NCBI GenBank assembly: GCA_046329325.1
Contig: JAXLUU010000001.1
Coordinates: 1,305,997 to 1,369,996 of the forward strand
Length of the DNA: 64,000 nucleotides
Reading direction: 5' to 3'
DNA from: Saprospiraceae bacterium
Lineage (GTDB): Bacteria > Bacteroidota > Bacteroidia > Chitinophagales > Saprospiraceae
Shown here: piece by piece, positions 1 to 9,500 of the stretch
Layout of the letters: each line of letters starts with the position of its first letter
Position numbering within the stretch: position 1 is the first letter of the stretch
Program-made: the position numbers and the translations under genes
Notes under the pieces: model-generated
The model's input: the letters and a program-made list of their open reading frames with translations, nothing else
Databases searched by the model: none
Told to the model about the DNA's origin: nothing

Positions 1-1213
1 CACGCTGAGATCGGATAATATCTGATCTGCTAAATTTCTGTCCCGGTCTGGTTCTTAATTCCCTACGGATTACATTTTCGTGTGTGCGCTCATTGCCCGA
101 GACAATCACTCGGTCAATGGTGGCTTGGGGCCCTTCAAAAATACGAACTTCAACATCAACGGAATCACCCTCAATACCGACTTCTACAGGCTCTGCCCTG
201 AAAAAAAGATAGCCGTCATCCATATAAAGCGTACTTACGTCTCTGCCGTCCTGGCTAAAGCTTAATCTTTTCTGGAGTAAATCCTGATTATAAATATCGC
301 CTTTGTTAATGCCAATAATTCTTCTGATCTGTTCCTGAGTAAACAAAGAATTACCTTTGATTTCAATATTCCGATAATAATACCTATGCCCTTCAGAAAG
401 ATTAATGTCAATCTTTACTTTGCGCATCGATGTCCTGTAAATACTATCACTCGTTATTACCGCGTCTCTGTATCCTTTGGCAAAATAGAAATCAAGCACC
501 TTCTGTTTATCGTCAAGATATTCCGATTCAACGTATTTTGATTTTGAGAAAATGTGGGTCCAGCGCTTGGTTTTCTTCATCTGTTTTCTCAATCGGCTAT
601 CAGAAAAACTTTCATTTCCATTGAATGCAATATTGCTTATTCTTACTCTTTTGGATTTATCAATATCAATTACAAGTTTGACTGCGTTCTTCTTCTTTTC
701 GTCCTTGAATTCGAAAATTCTAATCTTATTATCCAGATACCCTTTTTTGGTATAATATGCGTTTAATTTATAAATGATATTCGCCTTGATATCATCTGTG
801 AAAATTGCATTTTTATTAATTTGACTGCTGACAAGATCATTCAACTCATCATGAGAAGATTTTTTAACACCCTTGAAGGAATGACTGACATAACGCGGGC
901 GTTCTGTGACCTTAATTACCAGATTCACCGTTGAGGATGAAACTTCTTCAAGGTCAACCTGAACATTGCTGAACAGTTTTTGTGCATAGACTGATTTGAT
1001 CGCCTGTGGGATCTCCTGTCCCGGAATACTAATTTTCTGACCTATATGGAGTCCTGAAATGGCAATAATGGTCTTTTCATCCGAGAATTCATTTCCCGAA
1101 ACCTTTACGTTTTTTAATTCATATGATCTTTTATCATAATCGATAAAAGTGGTGTTCTGTGCCGGAACCATATAAGAAAGTCCTAAAAAAGCAAGGAAAA
1201 AGAAATATTTCAT
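1..1213 (-). CDS. bamA: Outer membrane protein assembly factor BamA, N-terminal part (gene runs off the left edge)
   Basis: Hand translation of the minus strand from ATG at 1213-1211 gives MKYFFFLAFLGLSYMVPAQNTTFIDYDKRSYELKNVKVSGNEFSDEKTIIAISGLHIGQKISIPGQEIPQAIKSVYAQKLFSNVQVDLEEVSSSTVNLVIKVTERPRY... This is a signal peptide followed by POTRA-like repeats. I translated only about the first 150 codons. No competing long ORF is listed here, and edge-open ORFs are absent from the track (sprA at the other edge is likewise missing). Confidence 0.65.
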   Translation of the reverse strand, partial: MKYFFFLAFLGLSYMVPAQNTTFIDYDKRSYELKNVKVSGNEFSDEKTIIAISGLHIGQKISIPGQEIPQAIKSVYAQKLFSNVQVDLEEVSSSTVNLVIKVTERPRYVSHSFKGVKKSSHDELNDLVSSQINKNAIFTDDIKANIIYKLNAYYTKKGYLDNKIRIFEFKDEKKKNAVKLVIDIDKSKRVRISNIAFNGNESFSDSRLRKQMKKTKRWTHIFSKSKYVESEYLDDKQKVLDFYFAKGYRDAVITSDSIYRTSMRKVKIDINLSEGHRYYYRNIEIKGNSLFTQEQIRRIIGINKGDIYNQDLLQKRLSFSQDGRDVSTLYMDDGYLFFRAEPVEVGIEGDSVDVEVRIFEGPQATIDRVIVSGNERTHENVIRRELRTRPGQKFSRSDIIRSQR

Positions 1214-1389
1214 ATTGATACTTGGCTGGAGTAAAACCCCCGGACTGATTAATCTACGGCGAAGGTATTAATAAAGATGCTTTTGGGAATCAAAAGTTGC
1301 AAGTTAAAAAGACTTACATACATGGCAATTAACGATTTAGAAGTGCGGCATGATCTATTAGAAGGCATATGAACCTCGCCAGAAAGCTG

Positions 1390-1397
1390 TAATTTTG
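1390..1397 (+). promoter_or_regulatory. Bacteroidota-type -7 promoter box (TAATTTTG) upstream of the M48 peptidase gene
   Basis: Exact match to the TAnnTTTG consensus, 18 nt upstream of the ATG at 1415. Confidence 0.45.
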
Positions 1398-1414
1398 ACC
1401 TTAAATACATTATA

Positions 1415-2368
1415 ATGTTAAGTTTCAATAAAGCTTTCTTATTAATCCTGGTTGTCCTATGCACTGTTTCCTGTTCATTTTTTAAAAGTTCATGGTCTAA
1501 ACTTAACGTTTTCCCGGTTTCGCAGGACATTGAACTGGGTAACCAGGTCGCAGCAGAAATAGCTTCAAATCCTGCGGATTTTCCACTTCTGCCAGTCAGC
1601 GGCAACGAAAATGTATACAACTATTTAAATGATATTGTTAAAAAGATCCTTGCTACCAATCTTGTGGATTATGCCCGAGACTTTAAATGGGAAGTAAAAA
1701 TTATCAATGACCCTAAAACACTGAATGCATTTTGTACGCCAGGAGGTCATATTTATGTTTATACCGGATTGATGTCTTTTCTTGATTCGGAAGACCAGCT
1801 TGCGGGAGTTTTAGGCCATGAAATTGCACATGCAGCCAACAGGCACTCTACACAACAACTTACCAAATCCCTTGGCGTACAGATATTACTGGATGCCGCA
1901 TTAGGCAAAAAAGAAGTTATCAAACAGGTAACAGGCACATTAGCGGCGTTAAGTTTTAGCCGAGCCAATGAGACACAGGCAGATTCATTTTCAGTTCTAT
2001 ATTTATGTCCAACCAATTGGAATGCCAACGGCGCATCCGGATTTTTTAAGAAAATGCAAGGACAGCCGACACCGCCTCAATGGCTTAGTACTCATCCTAG
2101 CCCAACGAACAGGATAAAAAACATTGATGAAAAAAAGAATGAGCATCAATGTAAGGGAAAAGAAAGTAACAGTAGTGTTTACCAAAATATCAAGGCGCTC
2201 ATTGCGAAAATAACACCGCCACCGCCAAAAACCACTTCCGGAGCCAACACCAACAATGCACCGGCACTTCCAAAAACAAATACACCAACACCCGATAAAA
2301 GTAACGAAAAGCCTGCTCCAGCGGGCACTGGGCCAATGGCTCCCAAAAAGGTCTTGAAAAAAGGATAA
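1415..2368 (+). CDS. M48-family zinc metallopeptidase, lipoprotein, with a Pro/Thr/Lys-rich C-terminal tail
   Basis: HEIAHAANRH (HExxH) motif. N-terminal signal with lipobox-like LCTVSC. Low-complexity tail PPPPKTTSGANTNNAPALPKTNTPTPDKSNEKPAPAGTGP. Confidence 0.8.
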   Translation: MLSFNKAFLLILVVLCTVSCSFFKSSWSKLNVFPVSQDIELGNQVAAEIASNPADFPLLPVSGNENVYNYLNDIVKKILATNLVDYARDFKWEVKIINDPKTLNAFCTPGGHIYVYTGLMSFLDSEDQLAGVLGHEIAHAANRHSTQQLTKSLGVQILLDAALGKKEVIKQVTGTLAALSFSRANETQADSFSVLYLCPTNWNANGASGFFKKMQGQPTPPQWLSTHPSPTNRIKNIDEKKNEHQCKGKESNSSVYQNIKALIAKITPPPPKTTSGANTNNAPALPKTNTPTPDKSNEKPAPAGTGPMAPKKVLKKG

Positions 2369-2376
2369 CCCATCAA

Positions 2377-3069
2377 ATGCTTGTAAAAGTCTTTTCGGAA
2401 AGATTAGGAGTTACAGTGGCCAAGGTAAGTTCCTATATATTTCACCCGGCTTTTTTTATAGTTTATAATTTGTTCCTGACATTGTGTTTCAGGCCTCATT
2501 GGTTTGGCGTCAACAGCTGGCACGACAAGACAATGCTGTTATTACTTGTAACTATTTATACCATCATTATTCCGTTCATTGCCATCCTAATGTTAAGGGT
2601 GCTGAATGCAATCAAAAGCATTCAGATGTATGATCGCCATGACAGAATTTTTCCGCTGATTATTATACTGGTTTTCTATCTCTGGCTTTGGATTAACTTA
2701 AAACATGATCCTTCGGTACCAAAGTACTGGATTTGGTATTTGTTATCTGCAGTACTCAGCTGTGTTATTACGCTTATTGCAAACAATTGGATTAAAAGCA
2801 GTCTTCACACTACAGCAATAATTGCGACACTTTCATTTTGGTTATGGATCAGATTTTTGCAGTCTCCAGGTGATTCCCTGGTGCTAAAATTTGATAGGGA
2901 GGGAATTGTAACATATAAACTGGATTATTTTCTTATGTGGATGTTTTTTGTTGCAGGGTGGATCATTACAGGGCGTTTATTAATTCAAGCCCATCGATAC
3001 AATGAAATAATTATCGGCGTAATAATAGCGATTATTGCTATCATTGCTTCTCATCGAATCGTATTTTAA
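2377..3069 (+). CDS. Polytopic membrane protein of unknown function (weak PAP2-like resemblance)
   Basis: 230-aa ORF with about 6 hydrophobic segments. Tightly spaced between the M48 gene and dapD. Any PAP2 similarity (DRHDRIFP, SSLHT, AHRYNE) is tentative. Confidence 0.5.
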   Translation: MLVKVFSERLGVTVAKVSSYIFHPAFFIVYNLFLTLCFRPHWFGVNSWHDKTMLLLLVTIYTIIIPFIAILMLRVLNAIKSIQMYDRHDRIFPLIIILVFYLWLWINLKHDPSVPKYWIWYLLSAVLSCVITLIANNWIKSSLHTTAIIATLSFWLWIRFLQSPGDSLVLKFDREGIVTYKLDYFLMWMFFVAGWIITGRLLIQAHRYNEIIIGVIIAIIAIIASHRIVF

Positions 3070-3078
3070 TACCGTCAT

Positions 3079-3897
3079 ATGAATCAGAACAAAATATTGG
3101 TTGAGCAAGCATGGCACAACCGCGAACTACTCAAAAATGAAAATTATAAATCTGCCGTTCTGGATACTATTTCTTTATTGGATCAGGGCCAGATCAGGGT
3201 TGCAGAGCAAAAAGGAACTGGTGACTGGTTGGTAAATGACTGGGTCAAAATGGCGATACTATTGTATTTTCCATTGGCTGAAAACAAAGTAATTAAAGCC
3301 GGTGACCTGTCTTTTTATGACAAAATACCCACAAAAACCGCTTTTGATGAACTGGGAGTTCGCGCGGTACCGACGGCAATTGCACGTTATGGATCATTTG
3401 TCGAACCCGGGGCCATTTTAATGCCAAGTTATGTCAATATTGGAGCTTTTGTTGGAAGAGGAACGATGGTGGATACCTGGGCTACTGTTGGGTCATGTGC
3501 ACAGATTGGTCAGAATGTTCATCTGGCTGGAGGCGTAGGAATTGGGGGTGTTTTAGAACCCCCGCAGGCCAGTCCAAATATAATTGAAGATCACTGCTTT
3601 ATTGGTTCAAGGTGCATTGTAGTCGAGGGAACTATTATAGAAACAGAAGCTGTACTTGGTGCCAATGTTGTGATTACTGGTTCCACACATATTATTGATG
3701 TGAGTGGCAGTGTAACCCAATATTACAAGGGACATATTCCTGCCCGATCAGTTGTCATTCCCGGGAGTTATACTAAAAAGTTTGCTGCTGGAGAATTTCA
3801 GGTGCCATGTGCATTAATCATTGGCAAAAGGAAGGAATCAACGGACAAAAAAGTAACATTGAATAATGCATTGCGGGAATACGAAATAGGACAATAA
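3079..3897 (+). CDS. dapD: 2,3,4,5-tetrahydropyridine-2,6-dicarboxylate N-succinyltransferase
   Basis: 272 aa. Left-handed beta-helix hexapeptide repeats (GAFVGRGTMVDTWATVGSCAQIGQNVHLAGGVGIGGVLEP). N-terminal region is typical of DapD. Confidence 0.85.
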   Translation: MNQNKILVEQAWHNRELLKNENYKSAVLDTISLLDQGQIRVAEQKGTGDWLVNDWVKMAILLYFPLAENKVIKAGDLSFYDKIPTKTAFDELGVRAVPTAIARYGSFVEPGAILMPSYVNIGAFVGRGTMVDTWATVGSCAQIGQNVHLAGGVGIGGVLEPPQASPNIIEDHCFIGSRCIVVEGTIIETEAVLGANVVITGSTHIIDVSGSVTQYYKGHIPARSVVIPGSYTKKFAAGEFQVPCALIIGKRKESTDKKVTLNNALREYEIGQ

Positions 3898-3906
3898 AAA
3901 AATGCT

Positions 3907-4251
3907 ATGTCGCAGATAAAGGAATTTAATGAGTACCGTGCCAGGATGAATGAGGTAATTCTGGCCAAAGATAATTTGCCACTTAAGAGGTTTTTTTCCC
4001 TGGATCACCAAATGTACCAGGAAGGGGCGCTAGATGTAAAGACCAAGGAACTACTTGGACTTGTTGCATCAATGGTTTTAAGATGTGATGACTGTATTAA
4101 ATATCATCTTGGAAAAGCGCGCGAATGCGGAGTAAATACCGAGGAGGTTTATGAAGTCTTTGCGATCGCTAATATGGTTGGAGGCTCCATTTGTATACCT
4201 CATACCAGAAGAGCAGCAGAATACTGGGAGGAACTTATTGACAGGGTTTGA
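3907..4251 (+). CDS. Carboxymuconolactone decarboxylase / AhpD-like family protein
   Basis: 114 aa. CDDCIKYH (CxxC..H) motif characteristic of the AhpD/CMD fold. Confidence 0.7.
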   Translation: MSQIKEFNEYRARMNEVILAKDNLPLKRFFSLDHQMYQEGALDVKTKELLGLVASMVLRCDDCIKYHLGKARECGVNTEEVYEVFAIANMVGGSICIPHTRRAAEYWEELIDRV

Positions 4252-4522
4252 CAATCGTCAATATTTCATAATTACTTTTCCGGCAAAACTTCATTGCCAA
4301 AATAAATATACACTGTTCGTTAACACGATACTTTAAATCGCAGTGCTAGTTCTGATTTATTCTATCTAAATTAAAAATTTGTTCTAATGCGCCTTGGACA
4401 TTTCGTGAAAGCGCCTGAAGATAGAGCGCATGCAAGCTAAATATGTATCGAAATAACTTATTTTAAATAAAGAAATCCGATTTAGGAGCTCAGTCAGGAT
4501 GCTCTTGATAAGCATAAGTTGC

Positions 4523-4560
4523 AAAAAAAAAGCCCAAATTTGCACGTTGCAAATTCAGGC
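4523..4560 (-). terminator. Intrinsic terminator (13-bp stem, ACG loop, U9 tail on the minus strand)
   Basis: Minus strand reads GCCUGAAUUUGCA-ACG-UGCAAAUUUGGGC followed by UUUUUUUUU. On the plus strand the hairpin is not followed by a T-run. Confidence 0.7.
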
Positions 4561-4717
4561 TCTTTCGACTAAGGTCTCAAAATAAGAAAACTACGATCTT
4601 TATCAGCACAGACTGATGATATCTTCAAGGGCCAAAGCCACAATTAATGAATAGTATTTATTTGAATGGGTATCCAAGCGGGGAGCGCCAGCTACATTTA
4701 GAGACTCTGCTTGGGAT
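4523..4717 (-). ncRNA. Candidate small non-coding RNA (unclassified), about 190 nt
   Basis: A minus-strand -7 box (TAACTTTG, plus coordinates 4724-4731) is followed about 190 nt later by a 13-bp GC-containing hairpin plus a U9 tract (4523-4560). No ORF lies in between and no minus-strand gene lies downstream. There is an internal hairpin, UCC(C)AAGC...GCUUGGA. Confidence 0.4.
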
Positions 4718-4723
4718 CAGCTG

Positions 4724-4731
4724 CAAAGTTA
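4724..4731 (-). promoter_or_regulatory. -7 promoter box (TAACTTTG on the minus strand) for the candidate sRNA
   Basis: Plus-strand caaagtta is the reverse complement of TAACTTTG and matches TAnnTTTG. Confidence 0.4.
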
Positions 4732-4958
4732 TAATACATATATAGAAAAACCAAATATTTTGATTAAAAATATTAATAAAAATTTTATATGTAAGGGCTT
4801 AATTATGACCAACCCAGGCAAGAATAATATTAAAAATTTTTATATTAAGCTCATAAACAATAACATATAAATTATATATTATTATTATTTAAAAGGGGTT
4901 GAAATTTAAAATTATACATATATCAAGAGAAATTTCTTCCCAGGCAACGCCGTTAGTT

Positions 4959-4966
4959 TAAATTTG
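4959..4966 (+). promoter_or_regulatory. -7 promoter box (TAAATTTG) upstream of tRNA-Leu
   Basis: Exact TAnnTTTG match 19 nt before the tRNA 5' end. Confidence 0.45.
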
Positions 4967-4984
4967 CACCTTCAATTCTGATAA

Positions 4985-5066
4985 ACCCGGGTGGTGGAAT
5001 TGGTAGACACGTACGTTTGAGGGGCGTATGCCGCGAGGCTTGCAGGTTCAAGTCCTGTTCCGGGTA
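4985..5066 (+). tRNA. tRNA-Leu (anticodon GAG), class II with long variable arm
   Basis: Hand-folded cloverleaf. Acceptor stem acccggg/tccgggt. D-arm gtggaattggtagacac. Anticodon stem tacgt/gcgta with loop ttGAGgg. Variable arm gcc-gcga-ggc. T-arm gcagg-ttcaagt-cctgt. Discriminator A. CCA is not encoded. Confidence 0.9.
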
Positions 5067-5258
5067 CTACTTTTTGAGGTAGTTTGAGATTGTATTATGT
5101 CTATTTTTGCCGCATAATACGAACTTATCCGGGTATCGAAATATGTTGGCAATGCTGAGAATTCATAGTCGGAAAGGACATTCGTTAAAATTTTTATAAA
5201 GCCATACGATTAATCTTGCTTTTAGTGAGATTCAAAAGTCTTATATGAAATCCTAATT

Positions 5259-6440
5259 ATGAAAAACAAGCTTTACTACATTATTTATCTTTCAGTTATT
5301 GTTATCGTATCCTCCTGCGTAAGTAATAGAAAACTAATTGACAGAGGGCAATATGATAATGCAATCGACGGATTGGTCAAATCATTACAGGGCAAAAAGA
5401 ACAAACCAACCAAAGACATTCGGGACTTGGAGTTGGCATTTAACAAGGCACAACAAGAAGACTTGCGAGTTGAAAAGTTATTGAAAGATGAAAATGAAGC
5501 AAGCAACTGGGAAAAAATTTATAACATTCATGAAAAAATTGACCATAGGCAAGATAAAATCAGAGCACTCGTTCCATTAGTTTCAAAGGACGGATATGAA
5601 GCGACTTTTCAGTTTGTTAATACGCTGGAGCGCAAAAAAGAGGCAAGGAATAACAGTATTGAGTATTATTACAATTCAGCAATAGCACTGATCGGGCAAT
5701 CTGAAGCAGAAAATGATAAGATCAAGGCCCGTGAAGCTGCAGGATACCTGGAAAAAATCGAGCTTTTAAGCAATAATTATAAGGATGTAAATTACCTGAA
5801 AAGTAAAGCGGACAAACTTGGTACTGTGCACTATCTGGTTAAAGTTGTCAATAATACTTTTAAAATTTTGCCAGTTCAGCTTGAAGATGACCTGGTTAGG
5901 ATCAGTGTCAATGACTTGAATTCGAGATGGAAAAAGTTTGATATGAGAAAAACGGAAGGGATTCAATACGACTATCATATTATCATGAATCTGGAAGGAC
6001 TTGAATTTAGTCCTGATCGTGAAAAATCAAGAATTAAGGAAGATATTCATAAAGAAATTACAGAGGAAACCAAAAGAGATTCAAAAGGGAATGTTGTCAA
6101 AGACTCTTTGGGAAATCCTGTAAAGATTAAATCTGAAATAATTCACACCAACTCAATAGAAGAAATTACTCAATCAAAGACAGCCATCATGTCAGGTAAG
6201 TTGGAATGGCATAATATGTCGACAAAGAACATTGAAAGAAGAGAACCTATGAATGTTGAAATAAATTTTGAAAATATATACGCACGATTACTAAAGGGCG
6301 ATATTAAATATTTGAGCAGGCAAAATAAAGACCTTGTCAATAGAAGGCCGGCATTGTTTCCAACCAATGAACAGATGACACTTGATGCAGGAGAAAAACT
6401 AAAGCTAATCTTTAAAGACATCATTCATAAATATGAATGA
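5259..6440 (+). CDS. Hypothetical lipoprotein (Lys/Glu-rich)
   Basis: 393-aa ORF. Signal peptide with lipobox (VIVSSC). I recognise no family motif. Confidence 0.55.
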   Translation: MKNKLYYIIYLSVIVIVSSCVSNRKLIDRGQYDNAIDGLVKSLQGKKNKPTKDIRDLELAFNKAQQEDLRVEKLLKDENEASNWEKIYNIHEKIDHRQDKIRALVPLVSKDGYEATFQFVNTLERKKEARNNSIEYYYNSAIALIGQSEAENDKIKAREAAGYLEKIELLSNNYKDVNYLKSKADKLGTVHYLVKVVNNTFKILPVQLEDDLVRISVNDLNSRWKKFDMRKTEGIQYDYHIIMNLEGLEFSPDREKSRIKEDIHKEITEETKRDSKGNVVKDSLGNPVKIKSEIIHTNSIEEITQSKTAIMSGKLEWHNMSTKNIERREPMNVEINFENIYARLLKGDIKYLSRQNKDLVNRRPALFPTNEQMTLDAGEKLKLIFKDIIHKYE

Positions 6441-6502
6441 TGAGCTAAATAGAAGACTGGCAAAGTAATAACCAGGTTGTTTTATAAACGTAAATAAACT
6501 GG

Positions 6503-9500
6503 ATGACTTTAAATGTGATGGGCAAGTTAAAAGCCTTTGAGACAGAATGCCAAAAATTGAATGAAGAACAATTTGAGGCAGTCAATGCACTTGAAGGTCC
6601 AGTGATGGTACTGGCTGGCCCCGGTACGGGAAAGACGCAAATTCTTGCAATGAGAATAGCCAATCTCTTATATCAAGCTGTATGCGATCCAGAAAGTATT
6701 CTGTGCCTTACCTATACAGAAGCAGGAGCTACCGCGATGCGCAAGAGACTCATGGATCTGATTGGGTCAGAATCAAGAAAAGTGAACATCCATACTTTTC
6801 ATTCTTTCTGCAACCGCGTTATTTCAGAATTTCCTGATGTATTCAGAACCGATGAAGAATTTCAAATTGCCGATATACTTGAGGAAAGAGAGTTACTGGA
6901 GGATTTACTAAGAGGAATCGCTCCTCCTAATAATCTGTATAGAATCGATAGTAATTATCAATATATATTAAAGCCAGCCTCAAGCCTTTTTGAGACAATT
7001 AAAAAAGAGCTTATTGATCCGGACGTTCTTAAAAAAGACCTTCTCAGACATATTAATGATATGAGACTGGAAGATAAATATTATTATAAAAGAGCAACAA
7101 ATGGAAAAAAAGTAGGCGATTTTAGAAATGCTAAATATGAGACAGATATTGAGAAATATAATAGAACATTAAGCGCTATTGATCTATACCCGGAATATTG
7201 CAGAAAGTTGCGGGAGCGCAAGAGACTAGATTTTAATGACCTGATCAACGAAGTAATCCTCAAGCTACAAGAAAGCGAGGAGTTTCTGCTGACACTGCAG
7301 GAAAAGTATCAATATGTTCTGGTAGATGAATTTCAGGATACGAACGGATCTCAGCTAAAAATTCTAGACCTGTTGATTTCCTATTGGGAGCAACCCAACA
7401 TATTTGTTGTAGGAGACGCTGATCAGGCAATTTACAGGTTTCAAGGAGCGAATGTCAGAAACATGACTGAATTTAATGCCAAGTACAATCCGTTCAAAAT
7501 ACAGTTGGCTAAAAATTACAGATCTATTCAGGGAATTCTTGATGCATCCGAACAGTATATAAGTAATAATGTTGAAAGATTAGGAACCCGCCACGGACCG
7601 CTGATTGCCGCTTCAGGTCCGAATATCCGTAAACCCCTGCTCGTAAAATACAATGCGATCATTGAGGAAGTAAAAGATATTTGTGATCAGATCGAAAACC
7701 TGGTGAAGAATGAGAATATCAAACCCGATAAAATCGCAGTTCTTTTCAGAAAAAACAAAGAAGCTGAAGAATATGCAAAGGGATTGATGAGCAGGGATAT
7801 CAACGTATCGATCAGTAAGGAAGTGAATGTGCTGCAACACCCAATTATTCAGTACATATTAAATATTCTGAAGTACATTTCAACAGAATTTACAATGCCA
7901 CGCATGAACGAGTGGTTACTTTATGAAATTCTGCATGCCCCGTTTATTCAAATAGATACCGGAGACATCGGCCGTATCGCATGCTTTCTAAGGATTGAAA
8001 GAGGCAAGAATGCACCGGAGAATGATCCGCATGTCAAGTACCTAACGGATGTATTGTCTAATCCTGATGATTTACAAAACGCAGGAATCGAAGATATTGC
8101 ATCGTGTCTGGATTTTTCTGATAAGCTGGATTGTCTGATCAGGGAAAAAAGTCTTTATACACTTTCGGGATTATTCCAAAAAATATTGTATGATTTTAAT
8201 GTTATAAATTACCTGGTTGTAAAGAATCAGGACTTTGAAACCCTGGAAGTTGTTAACTCATTCTATGAATATTTAAATAACCTATCTGCAAGAAATCCGG
8301 GTCTGAATTTTGTTCAGCTCTCAGACACGATCGACAAAATGAATCGATATAAAATAGTCGTTCCGCTGTCCAGGTCATTGGCACGAGAAAGTGGTGTAAG
8401 GTTGTCCACCATCCATTCAGCCAAAGGGCTAGAATATCAATATGTATTTATGCCAAATAATACAGAAAGCAAAAGGTCTGGTGGAAACTCCTTCGCATTG
8501 CCGCCGGGATATTCATTTCAAGATGAGGAAAACTCAGAAGAGGATGAAAGAAGATTACACTATGTTGGCCTTACTCGGGCAGAGAATTTTCTGCAGGTTA
8601 GTTATAGTGAAATAAAAGAAGATGGCAAGTCCCTGAAGCCTAATCAACTGGTGTTAAAACTTGAGGAGGAAGGAAAGACTGAAATCGTGAGTAAAGTAAC
8701 GACCCAGGATACTGCCAGGTTTGCTATCATGGAGAAATTGCAAATTTATAATAAAGGGTTAGCACTGATACCTGACATTTTACTAAAGGGGTTTTTAGAA
8801 AAATTCAGGTTATCTGCTACCACCATGTCAGATTATCTCAGATGTCCTGTATCATTTTATTACAATCATGTCCTTAAGGTTCCTTCGCCAAAAAACAAGT
8901 ATTTTGGATTCGGTATCGCCGTACACAGCACACTTGAAAAATATTTGGAGAACTACCCGCAGACTGAAATAATTTATGAAAATGAACTAAAGGAAATTTA
9001 TGAATATTACTTAAGTGCATTGCGGTGGCAATTTACAGAAGACGAATTTATCAATTATAAGAATGACGGATTAAAACATCTTAAAGAATTTATAAAGTAT
9101 TATGCCAAAGATTGGGGTGATTTAAGTACTTCAGAATTCGAAGTTCAATTTCATGAAGGCAATTACTTCGAAATTCCAATTACCGGAAAGCTAGACCGCC
9201 TTGACAAAAAATCAGAGCAGTATATAATTATAGACTACAAGACCGGAAAATCAAACGATAATGCCAAATTCAATCGGCCTAAAAATGAATCAGATCTGGG
9301 TGGAGAATATTGGAGACAAATGACATTTTATTCTATACTTTGTCAATCCAAAGAGCAGTATGCAAACCAAATACAAGGAGGAATCTTTTATTTTGTAATA
9401 CCAGACAAAACCGGCAAATTCTCAAGTAAGATCCTCGATATAACAAAAGAAGATCAGGAGATTGTCGGCAGGATGATTACTAAATGTTATAGTGATATTG

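Noticed and set aside
5092-5120. 8-bp hairpin (gtattatg...cataatac) after tRNA-Leu, considered as a terminator.
   Set aside because: The stem is AT-only with a 13-nt loop and no following T-run, so the evidence is too weak to call it.
4252-5258. tRNA-Leu neighbourhood considered as an integration site for a genomic island or prophage.
   Set aside because: There is no integrase gene, no direct repeat of the tRNA 3' end and no foreign-looking genes on either side. Flanking genes are ordinary housekeeping or lipoprotein genes.
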